DNA of 32,000 nt from Aquifex aeolicus VF5 (GCF_000008625.1 NC_000918.1:1230001-1262000), one strand, 5' to 3'. Shown: positions 1 through 9,006, counted from the first letter of the stretch. Notes: a model not told the origin generated them from the letters alone. Program-made: numbers and translations.

Positions 1-1209
1 TCACTTATTCCATCAAGGATATCCTCTATAATTTTTTCCGGCTCTTCATCCCGAGGATTGTCCGAGGTAAGGATTATTAAGTCGCTGTACTTCTCCGCCG
101 CCTTTCCCATGAGCGGTCTCTTTTCTCTGTCCCTGTTTCCTCCTGCTCCGAAAACAGATATGAGTTTTCCTTTACTTAATTTCCGTGCGGTTCTCAGGAC
201 GTTTTCAACGGCGTCGGGCGTGTGAGCGTAATCAATTATGACGGTAAATTTATCCGAATGTACAACTTCAAACCTTCCGGGAACGTTTACGCACTTTAAG
301 GCTCTTTGAATAAGGTCCGGTTCTATACCTTTCCACAGGGCGTAAGCTATAGCCGCGGAGAGGTTGTAAGCCTGAAAATCTCCTATTAAGTTTGTGCTAA
401 ATTCGTACTCTTTTCCTTTAAAGGCAATCCTTAACGCACTTCCCCTAAAGTCCGTTCGGAAGTTCAGAATTTTCAAGTCTCCCTTCTTGCCATAAGTTAT
501 AATTTCCCCGTGTGTAATTTTCAGCAATCTTTTTCCATAGGTGTCATCTGCGTTTATTATCTTTACCTTTGATTCGTACTCCGTAAAGAGCTTTGCCTTC
601 GACGCAAAGTAATCCTCCATTGTTTTGTGATAATCTAAGTGATCCTGAGAGAGGTTTGTGAAAAGGACCGCTTCAAACCTTGTGGGATAAACTCTGTACT
701 GATCAAGGGCGTGGGAAGAGATTTCGGCAACTACGTTCTTTGCCCCGAGTTCGTAAAATTCCTTTAAAGTCCTGTGCCAGGTTATCTGATCAGGAGTAGT
801 TCTGCCGCTTCCTAAAATTTTTTCTCCGAGCCTGTAATAAATTGTTCCAATCAGTCCTGTCTTTTCTCCTGCTTCCAGAAGTATTTTCTCTATTAGGTGT
901 GTGGTAGTGGTCTTTCCGTTTGTTCCTGTAATTCCTATTACGTTTAGCCTTTCGGAGGGTTTACCGAAAAATTCGTGAGCCGATTTGCCGAGGGCTTTTC
1001 TCGTATCCTCAACGATTATCACAGGAACTTTAGAACTTACAGGTCTTTCAACGACTACCGCGTAAGCCCCTCTTTCTTCCGCTTCCCTTATAAAGTTATG
1101 ACCGTCAAACCTTGTTCCCTTTATGGCGAAGAAAAGGTAACCTTTCTTTACTTCCTTTGAGTTTAAAGTTATTCCTTTTACACGTTTCAGTATAAAGCTC
1201 AGATCCATA
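1..1209 (-). CDS. murE: UDP-N-acetylmuramoyl-tripeptide synthetase (MurE family), 3' end runs off the window
   Basis: Reverse frame from ATG at 1209 is open to the window edge: MDLSFILKRVKGITLNSKEVKKGYLFFAIKGTRFDGHNFI...VIGITGTNGKTTTTHLIEKILLEAGEKTGLIGTI...TTPDQITWHRTLKEF...VVAEISSHALDQYRV. Mur-ligase P-loop GTNGKTTT plus the TTPD and SSHAL motifs of MurE. Missing from the ORF track because it is partial. Confidence 0.95.
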
Positions 1210-1219
1210 TAAAGCACAC

Positions 1220-1311
1220 TGGCGGAGGGGGTGGGATTCGAACCCACGGGCGGGCCTGTAACCCGCCAAGGGATTTCAAATCCCCCGCCTTCGTCCGCTC
1301 GGCCACCCCTC
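1220..1311 (-). tRNA. tRNA-Ser (anticodon TGA)
   Basis: Reverse complement GGAGGGGTGGCCGAGCGG...GGGGATTTGAAATCCCT...(long variable arm GGCGGGTTACAGGCCCGCC)...GGTTCGAATCCCACCCCCTCCGCCA. 7-bp acceptor stem, class II variable arm, encoded CCA. Confidence 0.96.
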
Positions 1312-1322
1312 CTTCTAATATA

Positions 1323-1631
1323 TTATCCACCACCGTACTCAGAAGCGTCAATCTCAGACTCAAACTCCTGAATAAAGAACTCCACTTCCCTTACAATCTC
1401 ATCGATATCCTTTTTAATAAGGTGTTCAAAGAGCTCTATTTTTCTTTCGTGAGCATGGTCATCTTCTACGTAGTACCTCACCCTTATGTAGGGGAGTTGC
1501 ATTTTAGGATCGAAATCGGGATCTTCGGGAGTCACAACGTCTACATCTACATTTATCCCTTCCGTTTTATTCTTAAAGATTTCCTTCAACTCTAAAATCT
1601 TTGTTTTGTACTTTGTCCAGTCGTACTTCAC
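1323..1631 (-). CDS. Conserved hypothetical protein (102 aa, acidic)
   Basis: Supplied ORF MKYDWTKYKTKILELKEIF...; follows the tRNA-Ser/murE direction. Confidence 0.7.
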   Translation of the reverse strand: MKYDWTKYKTKILELKEIFKNKTEGINVDVDVVTPEDPDFDPKMQLPYIRVRYYVEDDHAHERKIELFEHLIKKDIDEIVREVEFFIQEFESEIDASEYGGG

Positions 1632-1708
1632 AATAATTTTAATAATATTTGAGCGATATACCTTATGTCAAGGTAAATAAGCGAAAAGGGAAAGGAAAAA
1701 AGATTGAC

Positions 1709-1951
1709 TTAAACGTATATCGGTTCTGTGAATTCACTTATACCAGTTTCCAGTCTTGTGAGTATCGCTTTTCCTCTGAGTGAGTTTACAGGAACCCTTT
1801 CTTCTCCGCTTTCTTTAACAATTACTATGTTGTCCTCCTCAATTCTTATTTCCAGAGGAGGATTTCCAGTGGACTTGTCAAGTATGTTTTTATCCCTTAA
1901 AATATCTTGTCCATATACCTTTGCTTCTGCTACTGCGGGCATGGTTCTCAC
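1709..1951 (-). CDS. Small hypothetical protein (80 aa)
   Basis: ORF MRTMPAVAEAKVYGQDILRDKN...; ATG at 1951 or at the internal Met, with GGAGGTGAGAACC directly upstream on the minus strand. The opposite-strand ORF 1728..2099 has low-complexity antisense composition. Confidence 0.65.
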   Translation of the reverse strand: MRTMPAVAEAKVYGQDILRDKNILDKSTGNPPLEIRIEEDNIVIVKESGEERVPVNSLRGKAILTRLETGISEFTEPIYV

Positions 1952-2065
1952 CTCCTTTGTTTTCTTTTCTCTTTTTTATTTATTCCTTTTTTGTTTCACG
2001 GCTCTGATGGGAATCATGACAAAGGTTAAAATAAGATTAACTTTCCCAGATGTTAAATTAACCTT

Positions 2066-2299
2066 ATGCAGAGGAAGGAAATTTCTCAAGAAACTGTAAA
2101 CCTTCTGGTGGACATAATAAAGGAAACAATAGGAGAAGGCGGACTGAAAAGTATTACGAAAAGACTAGAAGGTAGAGATCTAAAGGGAAGGGAGTTAGTA
2201 TACGCTTTTGCGGAAGAGGTAATGAACATCTATGGGCAAAAGGGTTCATACGCTTTAATAAGGCAACTTGGGAGAGACCTTGCAAATATGTTTCTTTGA
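2066..2299 (+). CDS. Small hypothetical protein (77 aa)
   Basis: ORF MQRKEISQETVNLLVDIIKETIGEGGLKSITKRLEGRDLKGRELVYAFAEEVMNIYGQKGSYALIRQLGRDLANMFL; coherent amphipathic composition in an otherwise empty stretch. Confidence 0.65.
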   Translation: MQRKEISQETVNLLVDIIKETIGEGGLKSITKRLEGRDLKGRELVYAFAEEVMNIYGQKGSYALIRQLGRDLANMFL

Positions 2300-2304
2300 G
2301 TTTA

Positions 2305-2460
2305 TCAAGTAATTTCCTCTCTTTCTTCTTCGGAAATAAACGTTTCTCTTTTCTCAGATGGTTTTTCCTGATGAGTCAGTAGCATAGTAAAACAAAAAGT
2401 AGAGAGAGAACATATCAAGAGCCAGGAAAAGAGCATAAAGATAAGGGCTTCTCCTTTCAT
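2305..2460 (-). CDS. Unlisted small membrane protein (51 aa)
   Basis: Translated by hand: MKGEALIFMLFSWLLICSLSTFCFTMLLTHQEKPSEKRETFISEEEREEIT*. One N-terminal hydrophobic helix plus a charged tail. It fills the gap between the 2066..2299 ORF and tyrS. Below the length cut-off of the ORF track. No strong Shine-Dalgarno. Confidence 0.5.
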   Translation of the reverse strand: MKGEALIFMLFSWLLICSLSTFCFTMLLTHQEKPSEKRETFISEEEREEIT

Positions 2461-2470
2461 AGGGATTATT

Positions 2471-3649
2471 TTAACCGCTAACAACTCTGTAAAACTTCTT
2501 TTTGCCCACTTTTACCTTCAGCTCTCCGTTTATCTCTATTTCCGTGTTTGGATCAGTGACCTTTTCTCCGTTTATTTTAAGACCTCCGCCCTGTATTACT
2601 CTTCTGGCTTCGTTCTTTGATTTTACCGCTCCTATTTTTACGAGGAAATCTACGGCTCTTAACTTTTTCTCATTTAGTTTTACAAGAGGTGCGTCTTCTG
2701 GAAACTCCCTCTGAGAGAAGGTCTTTTCCCACCACTCCTTTGCCTTTCTGGCTTCTTCTTCCGAGTGAAAGCGCTTGACTATAGTAAAGGCGAGGAGTTT
2801 TTTTGCCTCCATGGGGTGCATCTCCCTTCTCATTTTCTCTATCTCTTCCTTATTGTAATCCGTCAAAAGCAGGAACCAGTCCCACATAATTTCATCGGGA
2901 ATGGACATTATCTTCGCAAACATAGTTTTCGGATCTTCCGTTATTCCCACATAGTTCCCGTAAGATTTTGACATCTTCCTTACGCCGTCCGTTCCCACGA
3001 GCAGTGGAAGCGTTATGCACACCTGAGGCTCCTGCCCGTACTCCCTCTGTATGTCTCTACCTATGAGTAGGTTAAACTTTTGATCCGTTCCGCCTATCTC
3101 AACGTCAGCCTTTATTGCAACAGAGTCGTAAGCCTGAAGGAGCGGATATATAAACTCGTGGATGTATATGGGAATTCCTTCCTTGAAACGTTTGGAGAAG
3201 TCTTCCCTCTCGAGCATTCTCGCCACGGTGTACTTTGCACAGAGTTCTATGAGTCCCTTGGTTCCCAGTTCCTCCAGCCAAGTGGAGTTAAAAACGACGG
3301 TTGTCTTTTCTGGGATTAAAACTTTAAACACCTGATGTTCATAGGTCTTTGCGTTTTCAAGAACCTGTTCTCTGGAAAGGGGTGGTCTCGTCTGACTCCT
3401 TCCCGTCGGATCCCCTATCATGGCGGTAAAGTCTCCGATTATGAAGAAAACCTCGTGTCCCAGTTGCTGAAACTGCCTTAGCTTTTGAAGCAGTACGACG
3501 TGCCCCAGGTGAAGGTCCGGAGCGGTGGGGTCAAAGCCCGCCTTTACCCTCAAAGGTCTTCCTTCTTTTAACTTCTTCAGGAGTTCTTCTTCTTCTATAA
3601 TTTCTACCGTGCCTTCCTTTATTATCCTGAGTTGTTCCTCGGGTGTCAT
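2471..3649 (-). CDS. tyrS: Tyrosyl-tRNA synthetase
   Basis: Class I signature HLGH ([26 protein letters not shown]), KMSKS ([14 protein letters not shown]), C-terminal S4 domain. Confidence 0.97.
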   Translation of the reverse strand: MTPEEQLRIIKEGTVEIIEEEELLKKLKEGRPLRVKAGFDPTAPDLHLGHVVLLQKLRQFQQLGHEVFFIIGDFTAMIGDPTGRSQTRPPLSREQVLENAKTYEHQVFKVLIPEKTTVVFNSTWLEELGTKGLIELCAKYTVARMLEREDFSKRFKEGIPIYIHEFIYPLLQAYDSVAIKADVEIGGTDQKFNLLIGRDIQREYGQEPQVCITLPLLVGTDGVRKMSKSYGNYVGITEDPKTMFAKIMSIPDEIMWDWFLLLTDYNKEEIEKMRREMHPMEAKKLLAFTIVKRFHSEEEARKAKEWWEKTFSQREFPEDAPLVKLNEKKLRAVDFLVKIGAVKSKNEARRVIQGGGLKINGEKVTDPNTEIEINGELKVKVGKKKFYRVVSG

Positions 3650-3687
3650 AACTAATTATTTATAACATTGATTTATAATCATTTAAA

Positions 3688-4239
3688 ATGAGGCTACCAG
3701 AGAGGCTTGTGGAAGCTATTGCGGAATCTATAATTCAAAAACTCGGAAAGGAAGAGGGAATACTGGAGCTCGAAGATCCTGCAACCTTTAAAAAGAAGAT
3801 AATTTCCCTTTTCAAAGAGGCGGATAGGGAGGAAAAGGAACTGGAGGAAAAGGCTAAAGCAGTCTTGAGGGAAAATTTAGAGGTTCTTGAAAGGGAAAAC
3901 ATAGATTACAGAACTGCTTTTCTCGCAGTAAAGAGAAAACTCGCCGAAGAAATGAACATCAACGTGGATAGAAGGGAAAGGCTGAACCAGATAATCAACA
4001 GAATAATGGATTTAATAATGAAAGATGAAAGCGTTGAGATATACGAGGATCCTCCCGTGATAAGAAAGAAGATTAGAGAAATAGTTCTCGGGGCTCTGAA
4101 GATAGAAGAAGAGATAGAAAAAACTGTAAGACAGAGGATTAAGAAGTACTCAAGAGACTTGCTGGAAGGCAGTCCTGAGTGGCAGATTTTGTGGAAAAGG
4201 ATTTACGAGGACGAACTCAAGAAAAGAGGTCTTGCTTAA
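3688..4239 (+). CDS. DUF507 family protein
   Basis: 183 aa, MRLPERLVEAIAESIIQKL...IYEDPPVIRKKIREIVLGALKIEEEIE..., resembling the DUF507 family of Aquificae and Deltaproteobacteria. Confidence 0.7.
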   Translation: MRLPERLVEAIAESIIQKLGKEEGILELEDPATFKKKIISLFKEADREEKELEEKAKAVLRENLEVLERENIDYRTAFLAVKRKLAEEMNINVDRRERLNQIINRIMDLIMKDESVEIYEDPPVIRKKIREIVLGALKIEEEIEKTVRQRIKKYSRDLLEGSPEWQILWKRIYEDELKKRGLA

Positions 4240-4799
4240 GGCAAGTAAAGTATCGGGTTTTGTCTTATGCCATATTTGAGTACTTCGTAGTGTAGATGGG
4301 GTCCCGTTGCCCTTCCCGTGCTCCCTATGTAACCAATAACGCTACCCTTAGCCACTAAATCACCCTTATAACCTTCCCTGCCCGAGAGGTGAGCGTAAAC
4401 CGTAGTGTAGCCATATCCGTGGTAAATGACTATTACGTAGCCATACCCCCTTACCCAGCCACTGAAAATCACAACTCCGTCCGCAGTAGCAACGACAGGT
4501 GTTCCCGTGGGAGCTGCTATATCTATACCTGCGTGGAATTCCTTGTACCGCCCTCTCCTTCTCCAGCCATACTGAGAAGTCACTACTCCCACTATTGGCC
4601 ATATACTGGGTCTTGACTCTTCGGGAAGCTTAACATACTTGAGAAAATCAGTCAGTTCTCTCGGAATTTCTATTTTGGGAGAGATAACTTCTACCTCTTC
4701 TTTTTCAAAGATATCCGGCTCTAAGAATAAGTTGGAGAGTTTTCCGAAAGATAGAGGGAGGAAAAGGAGGAAGAGACTAAGTAGTAGAGCCTTCTTCAT
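4236..4799 (-). CDS. M23 family metallopeptidase / murein hydrolase-like, with N-terminal signal peptide
   Basis: MKKALLLSLFLLFLPLSFG signal; VTSQYGWRRRGRYKEFHAGIDIAAPTGTPVVATADGVVIFSG...YGYTTVYAHLS...GSTGRATGPHLHYEV: canonical HxxxD and HxH zinc ligands of M23/LytM. Confidence 0.93.
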   Translation of the reverse strand: MKKALLLSLFLLFLPLSFGKLSNLFLEPDIFEKEEVEVISPKIEIPRELTDFLKYVKLPEESRPSIWPIVGVVTSQYGWRRRGRYKEFHAGIDIAAPTGTPVVATADGVVIFSGWVRGYGYVIVIYHGYGYTTVYAHLSGREGYKGDLVAKGSVIGYIGSTGRATGPHLHYEVLKYGIRQNPILYLP

Positions 4800-5844
4800 C
4801 TAAGTAGAACACCTCATCGGATATAGGTTCGTTCCAGCGTTTGAACCCGGGAAGCGTTTCTATCCTGTACCAAGCGGAGCGATACCATATGTCCGTGGGA
4901 TTCTTCTTTACAGGTGCTATCTGGGCTGCTCTAGTTTCGGGGTGGTATTCCCAGTTCATGTAATCGTTGAAGTCCTGAATTATGTCGGTTATAACAACTC
5001 CGTACTCGTTAATGAGTATTTCCTGAAACTCCTTCCACCTGAATATGGAACTGTCTCTTAAAGTGAGTCCAAAGTAGCCCGCACACCCCGCGTCCTTGAG
5101 CGTGGCTATTCCCCTTCCTATAAACGCCCTAAACGCTGCGAAAGTTTCGGGGGGATCTGTTATAAATACGTCAAACTTCCCTAAAAAGTCTTCAGTATAG
5201 GGGTTTCTAAGATCCCACACCATGGCTTCCGCGTTGTCTATTCCGAGTTCCTTTATAATTCTGTTATCAAAGTCTATCAATCTCTCGTCTATGTCTATTA
5301 TCAGAACCCTTTTTGCCTTTCTCGTGAGGGCTATTGCGAGTCCAGTGAGGTCGTCTTCCGCTCCCATTACGATAATTTCCTTACCCCTGAGGTCTCCCCT
5401 GCTATCTAAAAAGAGTACTCTGGATACAGTAGTTTCGGGAGTAACGCTTCCCTGGTCGTACTGCTGAACGGGTTTTGGTCTGTCTTTGGCTATCTCAACG
5501 AAAGTTCTGTAAAGTTCTTTATCGTCGTAGAAGGGTATTCCCCTTCCTTCACAAGCCCTGCACTTGTGCTCTTCAAAGGGTTCAATCCCGAGCTCCTTTA
5601 CTAAGTCAAGCCCCTTCTGGGTAAAGAGGATGTTTTCGTTTTCATCAATAAACACAATTCCTTCGTCTAAAAACTTTTTGATAATCCCCGATGCCGCAGG
5701 AACAGGCAGGTCTGAGTAATCAACTATCTTCCAGAAATCTCCCGTCTTTAAAAGTGCCTGAAGAACTCTCTCTACGTTCCTCGCGTGAAGCCTTACCTTC
5801 GTCTCCTCCTGAACTTCCTTGGCTATCCTCTCCAGTATGTTCAA
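4777..5844 (-). CDS. bpsA: Branched-chain polyamine synthase (N4-bis(aminopropyl)spermidine synthase-like, BpsA family, formerly DUF43)
   Basis: N-terminal winged-helix-like region, CRACEGRGIP Cys motif, then FLDSRGDLRGKEIIVMGAEDDLTGLAIAL...VFITDPPETFAAFRAFIGRGIATLKDAGCAGYFGLTLR, matching the Thermococcus/Thermus BpsA aminopropyltransferase pattern. The listed start (6021) is probably too long: a TTG at 5844 (LNILERIAKEVQ) has GGAGGT at 5851-5856 upstream. Confidence 0.85.
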   Translation of the reverse strand: MNILERIAKEVQEETKVRLHARNVERVLQALLKTGDFWKIVDYSDLPVPAASGIIKKFLDEGIVFIDENENILFTQKGLDLVKELGIEPFEEHKCRACEGRGIPFYDDKELYRTFVEIAKDRPKPVQQYDQGSVTPETTVSRVLFLDSRGDLRGKEIIVMGAEDDLTGLAIALTRKAKRVLIIDIDERLIDFDNRIIKELGIDNAEAMVWDLRNPYTEDFLGKFDVFITDPPETFAAFRAFIGRGIATLKDAGCAGYFGLTLRDSSIFRWKEFQEILINEYGVVITDIIQDFNDYMNWEYHPETRAAQIAPVKKNPTDIWYRSAWYRIETLPGFKRWNEPISDEVFYLDEEGSTT

Positions 5845-5905
5845 TCCTTCACCTCCGCAGGGATTTTGCAAAAAGAATATTATAAAAATTTTAAAATCTT
5901 TAAGT

Positions 5906-6754
5906 ATGCAAAACGTCCTCATAGTAGGCGTGGGCTTTATGGGCGGCTCCTTCGCAAAGTCACTTCGCAGGAGCGGGTTTAAGGGAAAAATATACGGGTA
6001 CGACATAAATCCCGAAAGCATAAGTAAAGCGGTTGACCTCGGAATAATAGACGAGGGAACAACGAGTATAGCGAAGGTTGAAGACTTTTCTCCGGATTTT
6101 GTGATGCTCTCTAGCCCCGTTAGAACTTTCAGAGAAATAGCTAAGAAACTGAGTTATATCTTGAGCGAGGACGCTACCGTCACGGATCAGGGAAGCGTTA
6201 AGGGGAAACTCGTTTACGATCTTGAGAACATACTTGGAAAAAGGTTTGTTGGAGGGCACCCGATAGCAGGAACGGAGAAATCTGGGGTTGAATACAGTTT
6301 AGATAACCTTTATGAAGGGAAAAAGGTAATACTCACACCTACTAAAAAAACGGATAAAAAGCGTTTAAAACTCGTAAAAAGGGTTTGGGAAGATGTTGGT
6401 GGAGTGGTTGAGTACATGAGTCCTGAACTTCACGACTACGTGTTTGGTGTTGTTTCTCACCTTCCCCATGCCGTTGCCTTTGCACTCGTTGATACCTTAA
6501 TCCACATGTCAACGCCGGAAGTTGATTTATTTAAATACCCCGGAGGAGGTTTTAAGGACTTCACGAGGATTGCAAAGAGCGACCCCATTATGTGGAGAGA
6601 CATATTTCTGGAAAACAAGGAGAACGTCATGAAGGCGATAGAGGGTTTTGAAAAATCTTTAAATCACTTAAAGGAACTCATAGTAAGGGAAGCGGAAGAA
6701 GAGCTCGTGGAGTATTTGAAGGAAGTAAAGATTAAGAGAATGGAGATAGATTGA
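5906..6754 (+). CDS. tyrA: Prephenate dehydrogenase (TyrA)
   Basis: MQNVLIVGVGFMGGSFAKSLRRSGFKGKIYGYD (Rossmann GxGxMG), GGHPIAGTEKSGVEY, VSHLPHAVAFAL. The homologous part starts at ATG 5906; the ORF track start (5819) adds an unlikely N-terminus overlapping the upstream divergent gene. Confidence 0.93.
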   Translation: MQNVLIVGVGFMGGSFAKSLRRSGFKGKIYGYDINPESISKAVDLGIIDEGTTSIAKVEDFSPDFVMLSSPVRTFREIAKKLSYILSEDATVTDQGSVKGKLVYDLENILGKRFVGGHPIAGTEKSGVEYSLDNLYEGKKVILTPTKKTDKKRLKLVKRVWEDVGGVVEYMSPELHDYVFGVVSHLPHAVAFALVDTLIHMSTPEVDLFKYPGGGFKDFTRIAKSDPIMWRDIFLENKENVMKAIEGFEKSLNHLKELIVREAEEELVEYLKEVKIKRMEID

Positions 6755-7197
6755 TGGAAGAGATAAAAGAACTTATAGACTATGGGATAATGGGAACGCT
6801 CCTTTTTATGAGCTTCGTAGCCCTCGCCGTGGGAATAGAGAGGTACTTATCTATAAGGTCCACAAAAGTAGAAAACTTCAAAAGTAAGGCTCAGCTTGAA
6901 AAGGAACTTACAAAAAGGCTTTACATTATTGCCACTGTAGCGTCAAACGCCCCTTACGTGGGACTTCTCGGAACTGTTCTGGGAATCCTTCTTACCTTTT
7001 ACATCATAGGAGAAAAGGGGATTGTGAACACTAAAGAGATAATGGTCGGACTTGCCCTTGCCTTAAAAGCTACGGCTCTTGGACTCATCGTTGCAATTCC
7101 ATCAACCATTCTTTACAACTTTCTGGTGAGAAAGGTAAGGGAGAAGCTCCTGGACTGGGAGGCTATTCACGGAGAGTGTTCTTCAAGCCATGAGTAA
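6751..7197 (+). CDS. exbB: ExbB/TolQ/MotA-family proton channel protein
   Basis: IERYLSIRST...IATVASNAPYVGLLGTVLGILLTFYIIG...MVGLALALKATALGLIVAIPSTILYNFL: classic ExbB/TolQ GLLGTVxGI and ALxATAxGLxVAIP motifs. Confidence 0.93.
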   Translation: MMEEIKELIDYGIMGTLLFMSFVALAVGIERYLSIRSTKVENFKSKAQLEKELTKRLYIIATVASNAPYVGLLGTVLGILLTFYIIGEKGIVNTKEIMVGLALALKATALGLIVAIPSTILYNFLVRKVREKLLDWEAIHGECSSSHE

Positions 7198-8117
7198 ACA
7201 CTTTTGAAGGTTTCGGGCTCTTCTATCTCGAATACCATCCACTCCCCTTTAGTTGGGTGGTAAAAGCCGAGGTGGTATGCGATAAGCATATTACACTCTC
7301 CCATAAGGGAAAGTAGCTCCTTTGGAACCGAACTACTTTTAAAGCCGTAAGTTCTGTCTCCCAGAACGGGATGTCCTATTGAGGCGAAGTGAACCCTTAT
7401 CTGGTGTGTCCTTCCCGTGTGTATTTTTACTTTAAGCAGTGTTATCTCATACTTTTCGTACCTTTTCAATACCCAGTACTCTGTAAGGGCTTCCTTTCCC
7501 TCTTTCCTCACCCAGAAGCGTTTTCTGTCAACGGGGTGACGTGCTATGGGTGTGTCTATCGCTCCGTAGTCCTTTTTCACGAGACCTTTTACGAGAACCT
7601 TGTAAAACTTTTCCGTTTTTCTCTCCTGAAACTGCCTTACGAGATTTCTGTGTGCGGTGTTGTTTTTGGCGATTACCATTACTCCCGCAGTTTCCTTGTC
7701 CAGCCTGTGGACTATTCCGGGTCTTTCAACCCCTCCTATTGATGAGAGGTCCTTTATGTGGTAAAGGAGGGCGTTAACGAGCGTTCCAGAAGTGTACCCG
7801 GGAGAGGGGTGAACCACCAAACCGCAGGGTTTTTCTACGACCGCTATGTCTTCGTCTTCGTAAATGATGTTTATGGGTATGTTTTCGGGTTTTACGTCTA
7901 AAGGTTCTGGCTCGGGAACGTGGAGTATTACCCTTTCCCCTTCTCTGAGTTTTCTCGAGGGTTTTCTTACTTCTTCTCCGTTTACGTAAACGAGTCCTTC
8001 CTTTACGAGTTTCTTTATATAACTTCGTGAAAAATCGGGATAAGCCCGGGCAAGGAACTTATCCAGTCTCTCTTCCTCACCCTCAACCTTGAACTCCAGA
8101 ACCTCAGATATCTTCAT
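7167..8117 (-). CDS. rluD: 23S rRNA pseudouridine synthase, RluD family (N-terminal S4 domain)
   Basis: S4 domain, then IVHRLDKETAGVMVIAKNN (catalytic HRLD), GRTHQIRVHFASIGHPVLGD. Confidence 0.93.
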   Translation of the reverse strand: MKISEVLEFKVEGEEERLDKFLARAYPDFSRSYIKKLVKEGLVYVNGEEVRKPSRKLREGERVILHVPEPEPLDVKPENIPINIIYEDEDIAVVEKPCGLVVHPSPGYTSGTLVNALLYHIKDLSSIGGVERPGIVHRLDKETAGVMVIAKNNTAHRNLVRQFQERKTEKFYKVLVKGLVKKDYGAIDTPIARHPVDRKRFWVRKEGKEALTEYWVLKRYEKYEITLLKVKIHTGRTHQIRVHFASIGHPVLGDRTYGFKSSSVPKELLSLMGECNMLIAYHLGFYHPTKGEWMVFEIEEPETFKSVYSWLEEHSP

Positions 8118-8128
8118 AAAAGAAAAAA

Positions 8129-8974
8129 TTAGGAGGAGAAGATGAGGATCGCTTCAGGTCTCTTTATTCTGGGAACTACCATTTCCATTACGCGGAAGGT
8201 GTGGTTCATGTTTGAGGTTTCCACAAAGGCAACGTTTACGTCAAGTGCGATCGCAAGGTCGAAGTTCGCCGGAGATGCGGATACGAGAAGAACAATATCT
8301 TCGGGAATTATGGGAGTCTGGTAAACTTCCTTTACTACCTTTTTAATTTGTTCAAGCTCTAAAAGTCCCGTGTTGTCGTGAATTCTGTTGAGGAGGAAGT
8401 ATCTCTTCGGATTAACGATTAAGTAATAATTGGTGTAAAAGCCCTTCTCAACGAGTCTTGATATTCCCTTCACGACGTCCTGAAAAGCATTTCCCACTTT
8501 TTCCCAGTCGGAGAGTTCTTCCCTGAGCGTTCCCTTTGCCGTGAGGAATCCCTCTATGCCCATTTCCTGATTTCCGAAGAGTATGAGCTTGTCTTCCGCT
8601 ACCGCCAGAGAACTCGCTGCTGCGGCAACGCCCGTCGTGTCCACGGGTAGGTTAAACTGCCTCCAGTGCTCCAAATCCCTCCAGGAAATGACAAAGTCCT
8701 TGTAGAGTGTGGGAACTGGGACGTGTTTCCTCTCACCGGTTCTCACGGGTTCGCAAACCTTGTACTCCTGTCCCGGTTTTACTTCGCAAACCCCCGGTTC
8801 TACCCCGTAAAGGACGTCGTATGACACTACCTGATGTCCCGCTCCAAAGGGACCCACAACGGGCATAAACTTTCTGCACACTACGGTGCTTTTGAAGACT
8901 TCATAAGCGGTTTTGTCTATCTGTTCCCACTCCTCCGCCGTGAGCGGTGCTTGGTCTCTCTGAAGAAATTCCAT
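8129..8974 (-). CDS. Encapsulin-like (HK97-fold, Family 1) nanocompartment shell protein
   Basis: MEFLQRDQAPLTAEEWEQIDKTAYEVFKSTVVCRKFMPVVGPFG matches the Family 1 encapsulin N-terminus (MEFLxRxxAPLTxxxWxxIDxxAxxxFKxxxxxRKFxxVxGPxG). Also AVAEDKLILFGNQEMGIEGFL, NYYLIVNPKRYFLL, NHTFRVMEMVVPRIKRPEAILIF. Strong SD AGGAGG before ATG 8974. Confidence 0.88.
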   Translation of the reverse strand: MEFLQRDQAPLTAEEWEQIDKTAYEVFKSTVVCRKFMPVVGPFGAGHQVVSYDVLYGVEPGVCEVKPGQEYKVCEPVRTGERKHVPVPTLYKDFVISWRDLEHWRQFNLPVDTTGVAAAASSLAVAEDKLILFGNQEMGIEGFLTAKGTLREELSDWEKVGNAFQDVVKGISRLVEKGFYTNYYLIVNPKRYFLLNRIHDNTGLLELEQIKKVVKEVYQTPIIPEDIVLLVSASPANFDLAIALDVNVAFVETSNMNHTFRVMEMVVPRIKRPEAILIFSS

Positions 8975-9006
8975 AATCCACCTCCTCCTTTTATTTTAAA
9001 TTATTC

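Noticed and set aside
1728-2099. 123-aa + strand ORF with a hydrophobic stretch (VFFSLFYLFLFCFTALMG)
   Set aside because: Hydrophobicity comes from a T-rich upstream region. It is antisense to a shorter ORF with a good SD and has no motif. Kept out of the feature list, though not excluded absolutely.
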